Made by a program: the position numbers and the translations under genes. This document shows positions 27,831 through 39,067 of a stretch of DNA of 64,000 nt, in pieces. A model generated the notes under the pieces. That model was not told where the DNA came from. It made no database searches and saw nothing but the letters and a program-made list of their open reading frames with translations. The DNA comes from a virus, in IMG/VR virus record IMGVR_UViG_3300045988_141072, positions 64,001-128,000 of that record. One strand, given 5' to 3'. How positions within the stretch are numbered: position 1 is the first letter of the stretch; each line of letters begins with the position of its first letter.

Positions 27831-29096
27831 CTATTCGATTAATTCTAGTGACAAAATTTCAGATTCAATCGGCAAATTATCTTTAACAATTTCACACTTA
27901 ACAGATAATATTTTGCCAATAACAGAAGTATCACTAGGAAACTTTACTTTCTTTTGGTTGTACTCTGTGCCAGCTCGCCATGTTACTTTATCAGTCCAAT
28001 CTTCATCGTCAATAGAGCAAGTCCATGTAAAAGTTGCATCAGCATATCCGGTTGTAATATCTTCATTGGAATCATTAAATAGATTTACTGTGAGAGTTTT
28101 ATAGCTGCCACCAACTTTAATAGTTGAAGTGGATGCTGAAATTCTTGCTGCAATAGAAGATGGGGGAGTGGTTGAAGTAGACGGATCTGTTGGGGCAGTA
28201 CCACCAAAATAGTTAGCCCAAAGACCTGTGATAATACCGTTTTTATCTTTCTCAATGTAATCAGTATTGCTATTGAATGGTTTCTGATATAGAGTAAGTT
28301 TTGTCCTTCCTCGGACATTTACTCGTTCCACCTTACTCACCACCCATGTATTAGGTGTCCAATTCTCAATCGAATAGTTTGGAATGTCTACAATGAGCCG
28401 TTGATTATTATTGTTGTCTTCAGAAACGTAATAGATTGTATCAGATATTTCATTTGTTGGAATGAACAAAAGTTCCTGATTCTGTTGACTTGATGTAACT
28501 CGATCAGTCCAAATTCCGCTATTGTATGATGACTGTGATTTTAAAACGCACCACATACTTCTCTTATATCTTTTATCTGCTTTGGTCTGAATCCACTGCA
28601 AGAGATAATCGCAAGGTAAAATGAAATACTTCTGGAAATCCTGTTCTACGTCTTTCATACAAATTAAATGTTTATGATAAAGTCCGTCTTTATCTGGTAT
28701 ATCAAGATACATACCCACAAAAATATCGACTAATTGATACTTCTTTCTATATTCTTCCATGTAGAATAATTCATCGTCTTCCGTGAAATATTCTTTCTGT
28801 TTTGGTCTGAATTGACATTGTAGAGTAGGAGAGTCCTTATCAATAGAACCATACTTACTTACAAGTATCTTCGCATCAATCGGTGTCTTTGTGGTATTCT
28901 CATATGTCATACCAACATTTATATCTGGCGAATCGTCATGTTTCCAATCATAGATATAGCATTTTTTACTCTGCTTATCATTGTCCCAAGTCCAATTCAT
29001 CATGTCGTCAGACTGTTCCTTATAAATCTGACCAATCGTTTTAGCACCGTTGTTCTTGGCGTTTGCGACACGCCTAGCTGTTTGTAGACTCGGCAT
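27831..29096 (-). CDS. hypothetical structural protein with C-terminal Ig-like region
   Basis: Start MPSLQTARR. C-terminal STIKVGGSYKTLTVNLF...FTWTC resembles Big_2-type domains. Confidence 0.5.
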   Translation of the reverse strand: MPSLQTARRVANAKNNGAKTIGQIYKEQSDDMMNWTWDNDKQSKKCYIYDWKHDDSPDINVGMTYENTTKTPIDAKILVSKYGSIDKDSPTLQCQFRPKQKEYFTEDDELFYMEEYRKKYQLVDIFVGMYLDIPDKDGLYHKHLICMKDVEQDFQKYFILPCDYLLQWIQTKADKRYKRSMWCVLKSQSSYNSGIWTDRVTSSQQNQELLFIPTNEISDTIYYVSEDNNNNQRLIVDIPNYSIENWTPNTWVVSKVERVNVRGRTKLTLYQKPFNSNTDYIEKDKNGIITGLWANYFGGTAPTDPSTSTTPPSSIAARISASTSTIKVGGSYKTLTVNLFNDSNEDITTGYADATFTWTCSIDDEDWTDKVTWRAGTEYNQKKVKFPSDTSVIGKILSVKCEIVKDNLPIESEILSLELIE

Positions 29097-29439
29097 CGCA
29101 ACCCACCTCCTCAAACATCTGCTTAATATATCCGTGAGAATCTAAGATTGCCCTACGGAATTTTTTGTAACTAAAATGGTCGCTCTTGAAATTATCCATA
29201 GCACCTTGTAAAGTTGCCATAAGAGTTACCATAAGTCCGTTATCATTAAATAAGGTTTTTGTGCCACCTAATTTAAACATAACGTTTTCAAAGAAGACGA
29301 GAAATGCTTCATCATCTTCAAATATTTTCTCTTCAATTGTTTTGTCTTTATAGAGCAGTAGTTTGTGAATGTCACCATGCATTGCACGAACTGCTTCATT
29401 GATTTGCTTGTCTGTGAAGTCACCATATATGTATTGCAT
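29074..29439 (-). CDS. hypothetical head-tail joining module protein
   Basis: Start MQYIYGDFTDKQ directly after the stop of 29441..29896. Confidence 0.5.
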   Translation of the reverse strand: MQYIYGDFTDKQINEAVRAMHGDIHKLLLYKDKTIEEKIFEDDEAFLVFFENVMFKLGGTKTLFNDNGLMVTLMATLQGAMDNFKSDHFSYKKFRRAILDSHGYIKQMFEEVGCDAESTNS

Positions 29440-29440
29440 A

Positions 29441-29896
29441 TTAGGACTCCGTTGACGAATATGGTTTAAAAGCAAAACCATAATCACGAATAAGTTTCTG
29501 CTGTTCAATTTTCATTTCTTTCAGCAATGCCTTATTCAATGAATAATCGTCTTTCAATTTTTTCTCTTCTTTCCCACCAAAAAATCTTACAGTATTTTCC
29601 AACGATGTAACTTTTGGTTCAAGCCATTTTATAGCCATACCTTTGCTAAACAGTTCAATAACAAATTCTTCATCAGAATACTCGTCAACAGAAGTTGTTA
29701 ATTCAAATTCAAGTTGCTGAGTTTCGTCATCAAGTTTTAATGTGGAAAATAATCTACGAATAAATGGACTAGAGATAGCGGAGTGTAATCGCCCTGCTAA
29801 TATTTCATACAAATCAGACTCTTCTAAAGACAATTCTTTGACATCATCAATTAATCCAAAATATCTGTCAAATACTTTTTCATAGGAGATATTCAT
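29441..29896 (-). CDS. hypothetical head-tail joining module protein
   Basis: 151-aa ORF after GGAGGTG RBS. Confidence 0.5.
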   Translation of the reverse strand: MNISYEKVFDRYFGLIDDVKELSLEESDLYEILAGRLHSAISSPFIRRLFSTLKLDDETQQLEFELTTSVDEYSDEEFVIELFSKGMAIKWLEPKVTSLENTVRFFGGKEEKKLKDDYSLNKALLKEMKIEQQKLIRDYGFAFKPYSSTES

Positions 29897-29913
29897 ATAA
29901 CACCTCCAATATA

Positions 29914-30483
29914 TTACTCAGCAAGTAACTTCAAATCAGTACCGCATTCCTCATCAATAATCTTGATTTTATTCATACTGTCAAAAGTTCCTTCTGAAAT
30001 CATTTCAGAAACCATTGTTGCGATTGTACTCTTGAAACCAGATGGAAGTTTTCTAAACTCTTCACTAAAATGCATAGTTGGAAGATTGATGAGAGTTATT
30101 AAATCCTCTCTATCATATAAACCATCATATACTTTCTTTACTTCCTGCCAATGTACGTTTTCAAGCAACTCTTCATCCTCAATAATGATATAAGGTGCAA
30201 ATAAAGACTTCTTACGGACAAGTAAAGCTGAGAGTAAGTCCTGATACTCAATATATCTGAAATCACCCATGTTACTAAACTCATATGTAATTTTTGTCTT
30301 ATCACCAGTAAATAGAAGAGTACCTGCGTACATAGAACGACATGGAATTAAATCATCTGGTTCATACTTCTTAGGTTTCTTAACCTCTGCAACTGTTTCC
30401 TTTACTGTATCTTTTTCAACCTTTGTATCTTCTGTCTTTGTTTTTGCGGCAGAAGTAGTTGTAGCTTTCTTCTGATAAGCCAT
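29914..30483 (-). CDS. hypothetical protein downstream of capsid gene
   Basis: 189-aa ORF with Lys/Thr-rich N-terminus. Confidence 0.5.
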   Translation of the reverse strand: MAYQKKATTTSAAKTKTEDTKVEKDTVKETVAEVKKPKKYEPDDLIPCRSMYAGTLLFTGDKTKITYEFSNMGDFRYIEYQDLLSALLVRKKSLFAPYIIIEDEELLENVHWQEVKKVYDGLYDREDLITLINLPTMHFSEEFRKLPSGFKSTIATMVSEMISEGTFDSMNKIKIIDEECGTDLKLLAE

Positions 30484-30514
30484 TTATATTTTCTCCTTTC
30501 ACTCAATTCAAAAA

Positions 30515-30543
30515 GGACTGCATATCATTTAGATATACAGTCC
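30515..30543 (-). terminator. intrinsic terminator after capsid gene
   Basis: Minus strand GGACUG...CAGUCC followed by UUUUUG. Confidence 0.65.
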
Positions 30544-30558
30544 AAATATTTCTATGGA

Positions 30559-31659
30559 TTACGCACCGATTGTCCAAGTACCAAATCTTGTGTTAGTCAT
30601 AGTCTTGATACCAAAACGAGACTTGAACTCGTACTCTTTTGTATCATCGGCATTATCACCAGACTCAGATACTTCCTTAGTCTCATCCATTCCCTCATAG
30701 TACATCTTAACAAACTTGTCGATGTTAGATGGGAGAATAAGAAGCTTTGTATCGTCTTCAAGGTAATGCTCTACGTCATTCTCCTTAAATGCCTGTGGAA
30801 GCTCGATAATCTGAGTACCCTCAAATGTACCAATTCTACCAGTGTTATAAACATCGTTCTTTGCAGCTTCAGAAACCCACTGAATATCTCCAAGATTCTT
30901 TAATCCTGCGAGAGCAACCTTTGTACCAACTATAGTAGCAACACCACCTGTAGCAAGCTGAACATCAGAAATAAGCTTTACAAACTTATCATGGTTAGCT
31001 GCATTTAACTCACCACGGATATTCCACTTAGCAGGAACAGGAAGAGAAGTACCAGCACTCATAACAGCTTCATGAAGAAGAGTATTGATTAATCTTGTGA
31101 AAGCTTCCGCAATCTTATTGATTAACTCACTCCAATCCTCAACGCCCTGAAGGAATCTTGACATTTCCATGTAAACCTTTGCACCATAAGACTTAACGCT
31201 TACACCAAAATCCTTACCAGCACCAAGTCTCTGTCTCTCAATACTGTGATGACCATCAGCAATCTCAGCAACAGTGATAATGCAAGGATCTTTTGTATAA
31301 AACTTGTTTGTCTGTCCAAGAGCGAGAGTCTTAACTTCTACATACTTCTGGAATACAGGTGAACTTGTCCAACCAGATACAAGAGTATCCTCAACGGTCT
31401 CTTCAATAACCTCGAATACGGCTTCTCTTACAGACTGTTTCTTAAATGCCTTTCTTACCTCATTAGGAGTAGGAGACTCAGAAAGACCTGCCATCTCGAT
31501 AATTGTCTTACGAATCTTATCATTTGCTTCTTCGATAGAATACTGTTTTACAGTACCTTTTGCTGTGTCAACGCACAGACGAGAGAAGTTCTTATATTTT
31601 GTTTCATCAAACTTTTCAACGATTACATCGCTCATTTCATTAAATCTTAATCTCTGCAT
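30559..31659 (-). CDS. major capsid protein (position and size based)
   Basis: 366 aa with strong RBS and its own terminator. Lies downstream of portal/protease-scaffold in the usual order. Confidence 0.6.
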   Translation of the reverse strand: MQRLRFNEMSDVIVEKFDETKYKNFSRLCVDTAKGTVKQYSIEEANDKIRKTIIEMAGLSESPTPNEVRKAFKKQSVREAVFEVIEETVEDTLVSGWTSSPVFQKYVEVKTLALGQTNKFYTKDPCIITVAEIADGHHSIERQRLGAGKDFGVSVKSYGAKVYMEMSRFLQGVEDWSELINKIAEAFTRLINTLLHEAVMSAGTSLPVPAKWNIRGELNAANHDKFVKLISDVQLATGGVATIVGTKVALAGLKNLGDIQWVSEAAKNDVYNTGRIGTFEGTQIIELPQAFKENDVEHYLEDDTKLLILPSNIDKFVKMYYEGMDETKEVSESGDNADDTKEYEFKSRFGIKTMTNTRFGTWTIGA

Positions 31660-31686
31660 AGTATATTAATCCTCCTTTCTACCGAA

Positions 31687-32208
31687 TTAAGCATATACCT
31701 GGGCATTCTTATCTACCCAAATACGATAATTTCCATTTGCAGCAATCTCGTAGATATGTCCTACAAAACCATATTCAGTCATACTTGGCTTCTCACCAGT
31801 AGTAAGCTTAAAGTCTGTACCATCTACGAATACATATTTTCCAACCTCTAATACAGCATCTGATGCAAAAGCTTCAGTAGAGAGTGTGAATCTATCAGTA
31901 TCCTGAATCTCGTAAGCTCTCATAACTTCACCCTTACCGTTATAGAAGTTAGATTCCTCCTGCATCTTTGTTGTATATTCCTCATAAATCTTTGGAGCAG
32001 TTAAAATGAGAACAATTTTGTCTCCCTTTGCAGGAACTTTTGCCTCAAATACATCTGCTTTCTTTCTGTCACCAATTACAGCAACAGAACCATTGTCAAT
32101 ATCCTTAGACTCATTTACTAAGTTGTAGTGATGACCAACTTTTGTAGCCTTTAAAAGTGTTGATTCAGCTACACCGTGCTTAGTATATGAAATGAAATTA
32201 CTAGCCAT
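31687..32208 (-). CDS. hypothetical head protein (decoration or scaffold candidate)
   Basis: 173-aa ORF between the protease/scaffold-like gene and the capsid gene. Confidence 0.45.
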   Translation of the reverse strand: MASNFISYTKHGVAESTLLKATKVGHHYNLVNESKDIDNGSVAVIGDRKKADVFEAKVPAKGDKIVLILTAPKIYEEYTTKMQEESNFYNGKGEVMRAYEIQDTDRFTLSTEAFASDAVLEVGKYVFVDGTDFKLTTGEKPSMTEYGFVGHIYEIAANGNYRIWVDKNAQVYA

Positions 32209-32306
32209 AGTTTTATTTCCTCCTTAAAATTTTTAATTTTGTGCAATAAAAACACCTATGGATTTTCCATAAGTGCCAATTCATAAAAGTTATTTAGTTT
32301 TTTGCT

Positions 32307-33998
32307 TTAATCAAACAGATCACCATATGGTTTATATGTATCTTCTGTTTCTTTTTCCGCATTAAAAGCAACTCTGCTTACATGTTTCTTCTGTGGTGTT
32401 TCACTTGCAAAAGAGAATGTCTTATTCTTTTTAACAAGTTTTCCAAGAGTAGCATCAGCCTTCTCAGATAACTCTTCCTTAGAATATTTATTTACAGAAT
32501 CTTCAGACATAAGTGTTTTAAACTCATCTGTATCAAGATACTCTGAATATGCTTCGTCATCAAATACAGTCATCTTGTCTGCAAATACTTCAGCAGATTT
32601 ATATGTATTTAATTCCTCTACAACAGAAGAGTAGTTGGAACGCATCTCATTAAGAGAAGCATCTTCTTCGTCAGTTACCCATACAGAGTGAACAGCAACT
32701 CTATCGCCTACTAATGAGAAATTATCTCCATCTCTATTGAATGACTGTCTGTAATACTTTCCATTCCAATAATCAGACATAATAAGAGTATTATCTTCAT
32801 AAACAGTTACGCCATAATAAGCATTATCTGCTTCCCCATACATCTGATTAACAAGATTGTAAAGAGACATAGTAATCTCATCTAATGATAAAGAAAACTC
32901 TTTTACAGAACCGTCAGACATTGTTACAGAATATTTTTCTGGATTTACAGATTCATTCTCTGTTACACCTGTATCTGGAGTTTCATCCTGTGTATTTTCA
33001 ACTGGATCTTCTTCGGCATTTTCAGTTGTTTCTTCGGAGGTTTCATCGACTGTTTCTTCAGATTCATTCTCTGTTACAGTTACTTCCTCCTCAGTGGTTT
33101 CTTCTATTTCAGTCACCTCTACAGTTTCAGTAACTTCCTCTTCAAATTTTTCCTTTTCCACTTCGATTGTTTCCTCCTTTCCACTAATATCATTTTTATT
33201 ATTGAAACAAGCAGACTCAAGTTTTTCGAGTCGTTCTTGTAAATCAATTAAAGTAGAATCATAGTCTGAAAATAGACTATTATTTTTTGCATTAAAATCA
33301 GCAATGTCTAACCTTGCATTAAGCATTCCTTCACCAATATCTTTTTTGGTGTCTGGATCTTTGCCAAGTAAAGTCGCACCCATAATAACAACATCAGTTA
33401 ATTCAAGAATCTTATTTTTCCCAGAATATTCCATCTCATTAACAGCAAGTTCTACGCTAATCTTTGTTCCATTTTTTCTTTCTATAATTGAAGCTGCATC
33501 AGTATAATCAACTGGAATAGCACAATATCCGTATAAAAAGTTATGTCCAGTTTCTTCTTCAACTTCAAAGAATGGTTTATCAGATGTAAAACAACCAACC
33601 TGTTTTTCGATGTAATTTACCGAGCCATCATCGTTTAATTCCATATCATGCGAAGTGAAATCTTTTAATGTCTCACCAGTTTCTTCATCTTCATATTCCA
33701 TAAAATTTGCCAATACAGGCTTGTATGCCAATGTTTTTGAAGCTTTCTTTAATGCTTCATCTGTTACGCTAGAATGATTTCTATTCTCGCCAGAATGCAT
33801 TAACTTGACTTTGCAAAACAGAAGTGATTCATCCTTATAATCAGCGTTTCTATCTACTTCAAATTCGGCAGGTACTTGTACGAAAATTTGATGTCCTGAT
33901 TTTTCTGCACTAAAATGTGTTGAACGCTTATATTTATTTGAATAAAAATCATATAAATCTTCCATAAATAAAAGACGTTTTGTATTCTTCTTAGCCAT
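32307..33998 (-). CDS. prohead protease/scaffold-like protein (XkdF-like N-terminus, acidic linker)
   Basis: 563 aa. N-terminal KVKLMHSGENRNHS region, long Glu/Thr-rich acidic tract, position after portal. Confidence 0.45.
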   Translation of the reverse strand: MAKKNTKRLLFMEDLYDFYSNKYKRSTHFSAEKSGHQIFVQVPAEFEVDRNADYKDESLLFCKVKLMHSGENRNHSSVTDEALKKASKTLAYKPVLANFMEYEDEETGETLKDFTSHDMELNDDGSVNYIEKQVGCFTSDKPFFEVEEETGHNFLYGYCAIPVDYTDAASIIERKNGTKISVELAVNEMEYSGKNKILELTDVVIMGATLLGKDPDTKKDIGEGMLNARLDIADFNAKNNSLFSDYDSTLIDLQERLEKLESACFNNKNDISGKEETIEVEKEKFEEEVTETVEVTEIEETTEEEVTVTENESEETVDETSEETTENAEEDPVENTQDETPDTGVTENESVNPEKYSVTMSDGSVKEFSLSLDEITMSLYNLVNQMYGEADNAYYGVTVYEDNTLIMSDYWNGKYYRQSFNRDGDNFSLVGDRVAVHSVWVTDEEDASLNEMRSNYSSVVEELNTYKSAEVFADKMTVFDDEAYSEYLDTDEFKTLMSEDSVNKYSKEELSEKADATLGKLVKKNKTFSFASETPQKKHVSRVAFNAEKETEDTYKPYGDLFD

Positions 33999-34042
33999 TT
34001 ATCCTCCTTTCCGACAAAATAAAAAGCCGTCTAGGAAGACGA

Positions 34043-34225
34043 CTAAAATGTAAGTATGTTTGTACTTTTTACTTTATTTATATCAACACTATCTGAAAAA
34101 CTAATTGAAGAATTATTCAGAAATGTGTAGATGTTTTTATTACCAGTTTTCATTTTCTGAAAACCACATTTCACAAGAGCAGAAGCAGTAGTAGCATCTG
34201 CTGTGATTAAAAATTTTCCTTCCAT
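34043..34225 (-). CDS. hypothetical small protein
   Basis: 60-aa ORF after portal, followed by terminator at 34026-34043. Confidence 0.45.
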   Translation of the reverse strand: MEGKFLITADATTASALVKCGFQKMKTGNKNIYTFLNNSSISFSDSVDINKVKSTNILTF

Positions 34226-34236
34226 TCAACTACTCC

Positions 34237-35829
34237 TTATTTTCCTGCCTTAGTTGTTTCATTCTTTCCTGCGTCACGAGTTTCCTCTGTTGAGTCTGCA
34301 ATTTGATCATCTTTCTTAGTCTGACCGCCACCTTCATTATCACTCGTACCACTTTGCGTATATGAAGATGAGAGAGGAGTAAAGTAATTCATTAATCCTA
34401 ATGACCTCATCATAAAAGCATTATTAACAACTCTTGAAGGTGAAGAACCATCCAACGTTGCATAATCCATTGTATCTATACCCAACGTAGCTTTATCTTT
34501 TCTTTGAGACATCTTTTCATCAAGGTCAAATACAGATACATAATGGAAATAAAATTCAAAATCCTCTGTGATATTTAATTTGACATATCTCTGAATGTTT
34601 GCTTCAATTCTTTTTAATAATTCCATAGGGAGCGTCATATCAACTGTAATAGAATGTTTAAGACCAACAGAACCAGATTTTTGACCATTGAATATCATTT
34701 CCGATATACCAAGAGAAGAGAATAAGTTCTTTATTGCCTGTGAATATACATTGGTATCATCAACCTGATTTTTATTACCAAACTCAATCTTTTCGACTTC
34801 ACATGGAGTCCATGCCGAACCAACAAGACTTGGTAATACTTCATCAATCGCAGCTTGAGTAGCCTGTACAATCTCAAGGTCTACGGCAAAGTCATTTACT
34901 TCGCCTGAGTTTTCATTCATAGGGATTTTTGATAAGAGAAGAACATAATTTTCAAGTTCTGTTTTAGAACGAATAAGAGCTTCGTAGTCAAGCAAGTCTA
35001 AGAGTGATACGAATACGGGTAAGAAGTATGGCAGTGGTACAACTGGATCATCACCACATATAATACAGATAGTTTTCTCTGGTGGTAATTCAAACCATTT
35101 ATAGTCATTACCTTTTGATTTATATGTTTCGTAGCCTTCTACAAAAACATCATCCCATAAGCCTTCTTCTGAATCAGTTTCACTATCAGTACCATATAAG
35201 AAATCCTTGTTGTTACCAGAATCAAAATAAGAGGCATCGAATTTTACAATCCATGTATCTTTTTCTGCACGAGAACCGATTTTGTAATATTTTGGATCAA
35301 GTGGATGTATAAAGAACGAATCTCCATCATCGTAACAAAATCCACAATAGATACCATCTCTTAAACAAGTGGCAATCATTTGTGAACCCATTTCTTTCAG
35401 ATCCATTTTATCTAACCTGGTACAAAGTTCTTGATATCCTTTAATGTATTCGGATGCATCCTGTGGGGGATTTGCCCAATCGGGAGTATTGTAAGATACG
35501 TTATAACTAAAGATAGGAGTGTAAGCATAATATTCTATAATCTTTTTATAGTTATGACTGATACGATATAAGAAAGCAGATATATCACGAAGATTGTCAA
35601 TATTGGCAAGAGGACTTTTTATGTATGATTGAAGTTTCTCTTTTGTGTATTGAGTATATGTCTTCGATGTACCTTTTGATATATTTTGTTGTAAGATACG
35701 TTGTAATTCCTGAAAGTTAATCATCTGTGCATACTTCTGAGTAGAAGTAGTCAGCTCATTTTTACGAGTTGGCGATAGTTCTGTCTGCACTGATTTCTTT
35801 GCAGAATTATTTGTTTTCTGTGTTGCCAT
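34237..35829 (-). CDS. portal protein
   Basis: 530 aa immediately downstream of the large terminase. Size and order are typical. Confidence 0.7.
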   Translation of the reverse strand: MATQKTNNSAKKSVQTELSPTRKNELTTSTQKYAQMINFQELQRILQQNISKGTSKTYTQYTKEKLQSYIKSPLANIDNLRDISAFLYRISHNYKKIIEYYAYTPIFSYNVSYNTPDWANPPQDASEYIKGYQELCTRLDKMDLKEMGSQMIATCLRDGIYCGFCYDDGDSFFIHPLDPKYYKIGSRAEKDTWIVKFDASYFDSGNNKDFLYGTDSETDSEEGLWDDVFVEGYETYKSKGNDYKWFELPPEKTICIICGDDPVVPLPYFLPVFVSLLDLLDYEALIRSKTELENYVLLLSKIPMNENSGEVNDFAVDLEIVQATQAAIDEVLPSLVGSAWTPCEVEKIEFGNKNQVDDTNVYSQAIKNLFSSLGISEMIFNGQKSGSVGLKHSITVDMTLPMELLKRIEANIQRYVKLNITEDFEFYFHYVSVFDLDEKMSQRKDKATLGIDTMDYATLDGSSPSRVVNNAFMMRSLGLMNYFTPLSSSYTQSGTSDNEGGGQTKKDDQIADSTEETRDAGKNETTKAGK

Positions 35830-35854
35830 TTATATTTCTGATTTCCTCCTTTCC

Positions 35855-37858
35855 TTAGTTATAGAATCCCCATTTTTTAGGGCGTTTTGAGACACCGACC
35901 ATTTTGGTGATGTCGAAGTTGTTTGTACGTTTCTTGTTTATAATATTTTCACGTCTCATATTAGACAATTGAAATCCTAGAAGGGCAGCGACATATGCCT
36001 TATCATCGTTTAGCTTTCCTACTTTATCAGGAGCTAAATCAAATCTGTCTCGTCCGTTACTTTGTTTAAATCTATAGATATTTACAAGCTCTGTTTTCAT
36101 GCTGTCTATTTGCTTTAAAGCAACTTCTTCGTCTACTTCGAGATGACGAACTTTCGTTTCTATAGTTACACCTTTTTTTCGGAGTTCCTTTTCCTCTTTT
36201 TCAGATGGATATGTATATCTCTGTTTCAGTTCACCATTTGGATATTTTTCATAAAGCAGGGTTAAATATCCTTTATTCATATATTCTTCTGTAAACTCAA
36301 TCAAATTCTGTTGCATCATTTTAATTAACGCCTCAAATAAATCTGGTTTATATTTAGCAGGAGAAATAAGATGTAGAATACCGTCTATTGCATTTGGAAA
36401 CTTTGACTTCATTTTTTCATCTGGTCTAAACTCTGAATCAATAAGACCACGATGCATAACACCATTATCATCTTCCCAATCTTCACAAAGGAAATCCGTG
36501 ATTGGCACACCTGCACCTCCAGATCCGCTATCCACTAGAATAGCAAGTATGTTTTCATAATCTGCATTTCCATCTCCATTATAATCAAGAATAATTTGTT
36601 TTAATGCCTTTACTTGGTTTGGTGTACTCATTGGTGTTTTCTTTTTCGTAAGCATATCTACAAGAGAGATAACATTTACAATACGAGCTTTCCAACCAAA
36701 ATTCTCATCCATATATACTTCGGCAACGAGAATTACGGCTCTATCTGCAAGTCGTGCAGGATCATACATTAAAACATATTTAGAAGCCCTATCTTTATTT
36801 TTCAAATCAGGAACACGAGGTACTGAATTACGAATAATGTCGGCACGTCTAATAATCTGACCATCACCACCCTCTGAAGTGAAGATGTTCCCGTATTCTC
36901 TTAGACCAGCTTCTTTATCTTCACGCATACGAGCGTCAACAACTTCTTGAGTAAGAAGAGGCTTTGGCATTAAAACGCCACCTTTTGTTGCTTTAATAAC
37001 CGTATCAGCGTTTATATCAGCACAAAAATAACGCTTGTCACCAGCGTCCATATGCAAACTGCATTCTCTATATTTTCGAAATAAATATTGGTCAGTACGA
37101 CCAGCAGAGGAAGCGTAGATAAGCTGATTAGGAAACATTGGTGGCTCAATTAAAGCGTCTGTTGCATCATAATCAACACCATCACCAAATTCGGAGTTCT
37201 GAGTACAGAATGGTTCAGAGGTTTCAAATAATTCATCTGGCGAATTCATACATTCATCATAAAAATTGCAATTTGAACGTTTTGATCTGTTGTTGTCATA
37301 GCTACCATTTAATGTATAAACTGCGCTATTGTTATAAAGATGGAACTGATAGCTTGATGGATTATGTGTGAATCCGTTGCTGTTCGCTTGGCTTTTTACA
37401 ACTTCACCTTGAAAAACATCTGTTAATGTTTTGAAAGATGGGATAGCGTTAAAAGTTAATTTCTCTATCTTGGAAAATAATTCTATACTTTGGGATCCGA
37501 CACCGCAGAGTATATATGCAGAAAAATTGGGCACGAGTAAAGTACGTGTCATTAAATAGATTGCACCTAAAATAGATTTTCCTGAGTTACGTCCCATACA
37601 CCATACAACAAATTGTGCATTCCACGTATTCATAAAAACATAACGTTGATAGTCCATCATAGAAATTCCGAATATTTGTTCCGCAAATAAAACTGGATTG
37701 CGCCTGCCCCATTGTATAAATTCAGAAATTTGCTTTTGTTCTTCTAATTGTTTTTGAGTTAGTCCATAATTTAATTTAGAATCAAAAAACTTATAATCAT
37801 CTGGAACTAAAATTCCACTATCAGTCGTTTTCAATAATTCTATAATTCTCATCAACAA
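35855..37858 (-). CDS. terL: terminase large subunit
   Basis: Walker A-like CMGRNSGKS, Walker B-like NFYDECM, C-terminal nuclease-like acidic motifs, 667 aa. Confidence 0.8.
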   Translation of the reverse strand: MLMRIIELLKTTDSGILVPDDYKFFDSKLNYGLTQKQLEEQKQISEFIQWGRRNPVLFAEQIFGISMMDYQRYVFMNTWNAQFVVWCMGRNSGKSILGAIYLMTRTLLVPNFSAYILCGVGSQSIELFSKIEKLTFNAIPSFKTLTDVFQGEVVKSQANSNGFTHNPSSYQFHLYNNSAVYTLNGSYDNNRSKRSNCNFYDECMNSPDELFETSEPFCTQNSEFGDGVDYDATDALIEPPMFPNQLIYASSAGRTDQYLFRKYRECSLHMDAGDKRYFCADINADTVIKATKGGVLMPKPLLTQEVVDARMREDKEAGLREYGNIFTSEGGDGQIIRRADIIRNSVPRVPDLKNKDRASKYVLMYDPARLADRAVILVAEVYMDENFGWKARIVNVISLVDMLTKKKTPMSTPNQVKALKQIILDYNGDGNADYENILAILVDSGSGGAGVPITDFLCEDWEDDNGVMHRGLIDSEFRPDEKMKSKFPNAIDGILHLISPAKYKPDLFEALIKMMQQNLIEFTEEYMNKGYLTLLYEKYPNGELKQRYTYPSEKEEKELRKKGVTIETKVRHLEVDEEVALKQIDSMKTELVNIYRFKQSNGRDRFDLAPDKVGKLNDDKAYVAALLGFQLSNMRRENIINKKRTNNFDITKMVGVSKRPKKWGFYN

Positions 37859-39038
37859 GACCTCTGTTACGAAGATAATCTTTCAAATCCTTATTTTCCA
37901 TAAGTAATTTTCGAGCATCCTCAACTGCCTTGTCCCTTTCTTTGCTCAACTTTTCGACTAACTCAACTTTTATATCTTTTATTTCTTGAGCAATATTTTC
38001 ATCATATCCAATTTGCTTATGACGAGCAGCCTCACTAATTTCTGCTACTTGTCTCATACCTTCACACGTACCTATATCAAAGGAATTGATTTTTGCATCA
38101 CGCAAGCCTATTTCTGTTAATTTTTTAATTTTACCAGATAGGGTATTAGCACCTTTGGATTTATTATTGTTAAAATTAACCGATATACCATTATCTTTCG
38201 CAAGAGTAGAAGCAACGTTCATAAGTTTTTGTGAGCTACTTGCCATTTTATCAATTAAAGGCATGTTATCAGCAGTATGAGATGAGTCGCTAATATATTT
38301 ATCAATCTGATCATTCAGTTTTTCAGCTTGATTGAGCTTTTTAACAATCTGAATGACGGCACCCATTTTCATACCATCATTTTTTGTCTCGTCATCAATA
38401 AATGAATTCAACTGAGCATATAAAATAGGCTTATCTTCTTCGACAGGATAATTCTCAAATGGATCATAACCAATAGCATGAATTGTATCTCGTCTATTCA
38501 TTTTGTACTGCTCAATAATTTCTTCATTCTTTTCTCGTACAATAGTATTGTTTTCCTTTTGTGATTCTTCAATTTTTTCTGGTTGCTCGGTTTGCAATCC
38601 ATCAGAATCCTGGTACGTTAGACAATTCCAGTTTCCCATAGCGATATTTTTTGAATACGCCGCCCAAACATTTGATTTAATTTTTCCTGAAGCAAGATTT
38701 TCAGACTCAGCAATACTAGCATCCCATACTGTCTCTAAAAATGGTTTGTTAAGGTATCGCAGAGCAAGTCGTACTGAAGTTTTATCTGGCTCATGTTCAA
38801 CTTTATCTTTACCAATTGATAATGCCAAACGTTTTGCACAGTCTTTGCAAATAGGAGTAAGACCACTTTTATTTAATGGATCTGTACTTACATAAAACTT
38901 ATCCCTTGCTTTATGTGTATTACATAGATAGCACCACGCACCATCTTTTAATGTTTGTACTTTATTTTCCAAATCTTCAATTCGTTTCTTAGCTTGTGCA
39001 ACTGTCATTTTCGTTGCAGATTCTTTCGCTGTTGCCAA
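37821..39038 (-). CDS. hypothetical protein upstream of terL (possible small terminase/DNA-binding protein)
   Basis: 405 aa, CxxC...CxxC (WCYLCN...ICKDCA). Position only. Confidence 0.35.
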   Translation of the reverse strand: MATAKESATKMTVAQAKKRIEDLENKVQTLKDGAWCYLCNTHKARDKFYVSTDPLNKSGLTPICKDCAKRLALSIGKDKVEHEPDKTSVRLALRYLNKPFLETVWDASIAESENLASGKIKSNVWAAYSKNIAMGNWNCLTYQDSDGLQTEQPEKIEESQKENNTIVREKNEEIIEQYKMNRRDTIHAIGYDPFENYPVEEDKPILYAQLNSFIDDETKNDGMKMGAVIQIVKKLNQAEKLNDQIDKYISDSSHTADNMPLIDKMASSSQKLMNVASTLAKDNGISVNFNNNKSKGANTLSGKIKKLTEIGLRDAKINSFDIGTCEGMRQVAEISEAARHKQIGYDENIAQEIKDIKVELVEKLSKERDKAVEDARKLLMENKDLKDYLRNRGLVDENYRIIEND

Positions 39039-39067
39039 TAACAGTCACTTCCTTTCTTTCCAATAAA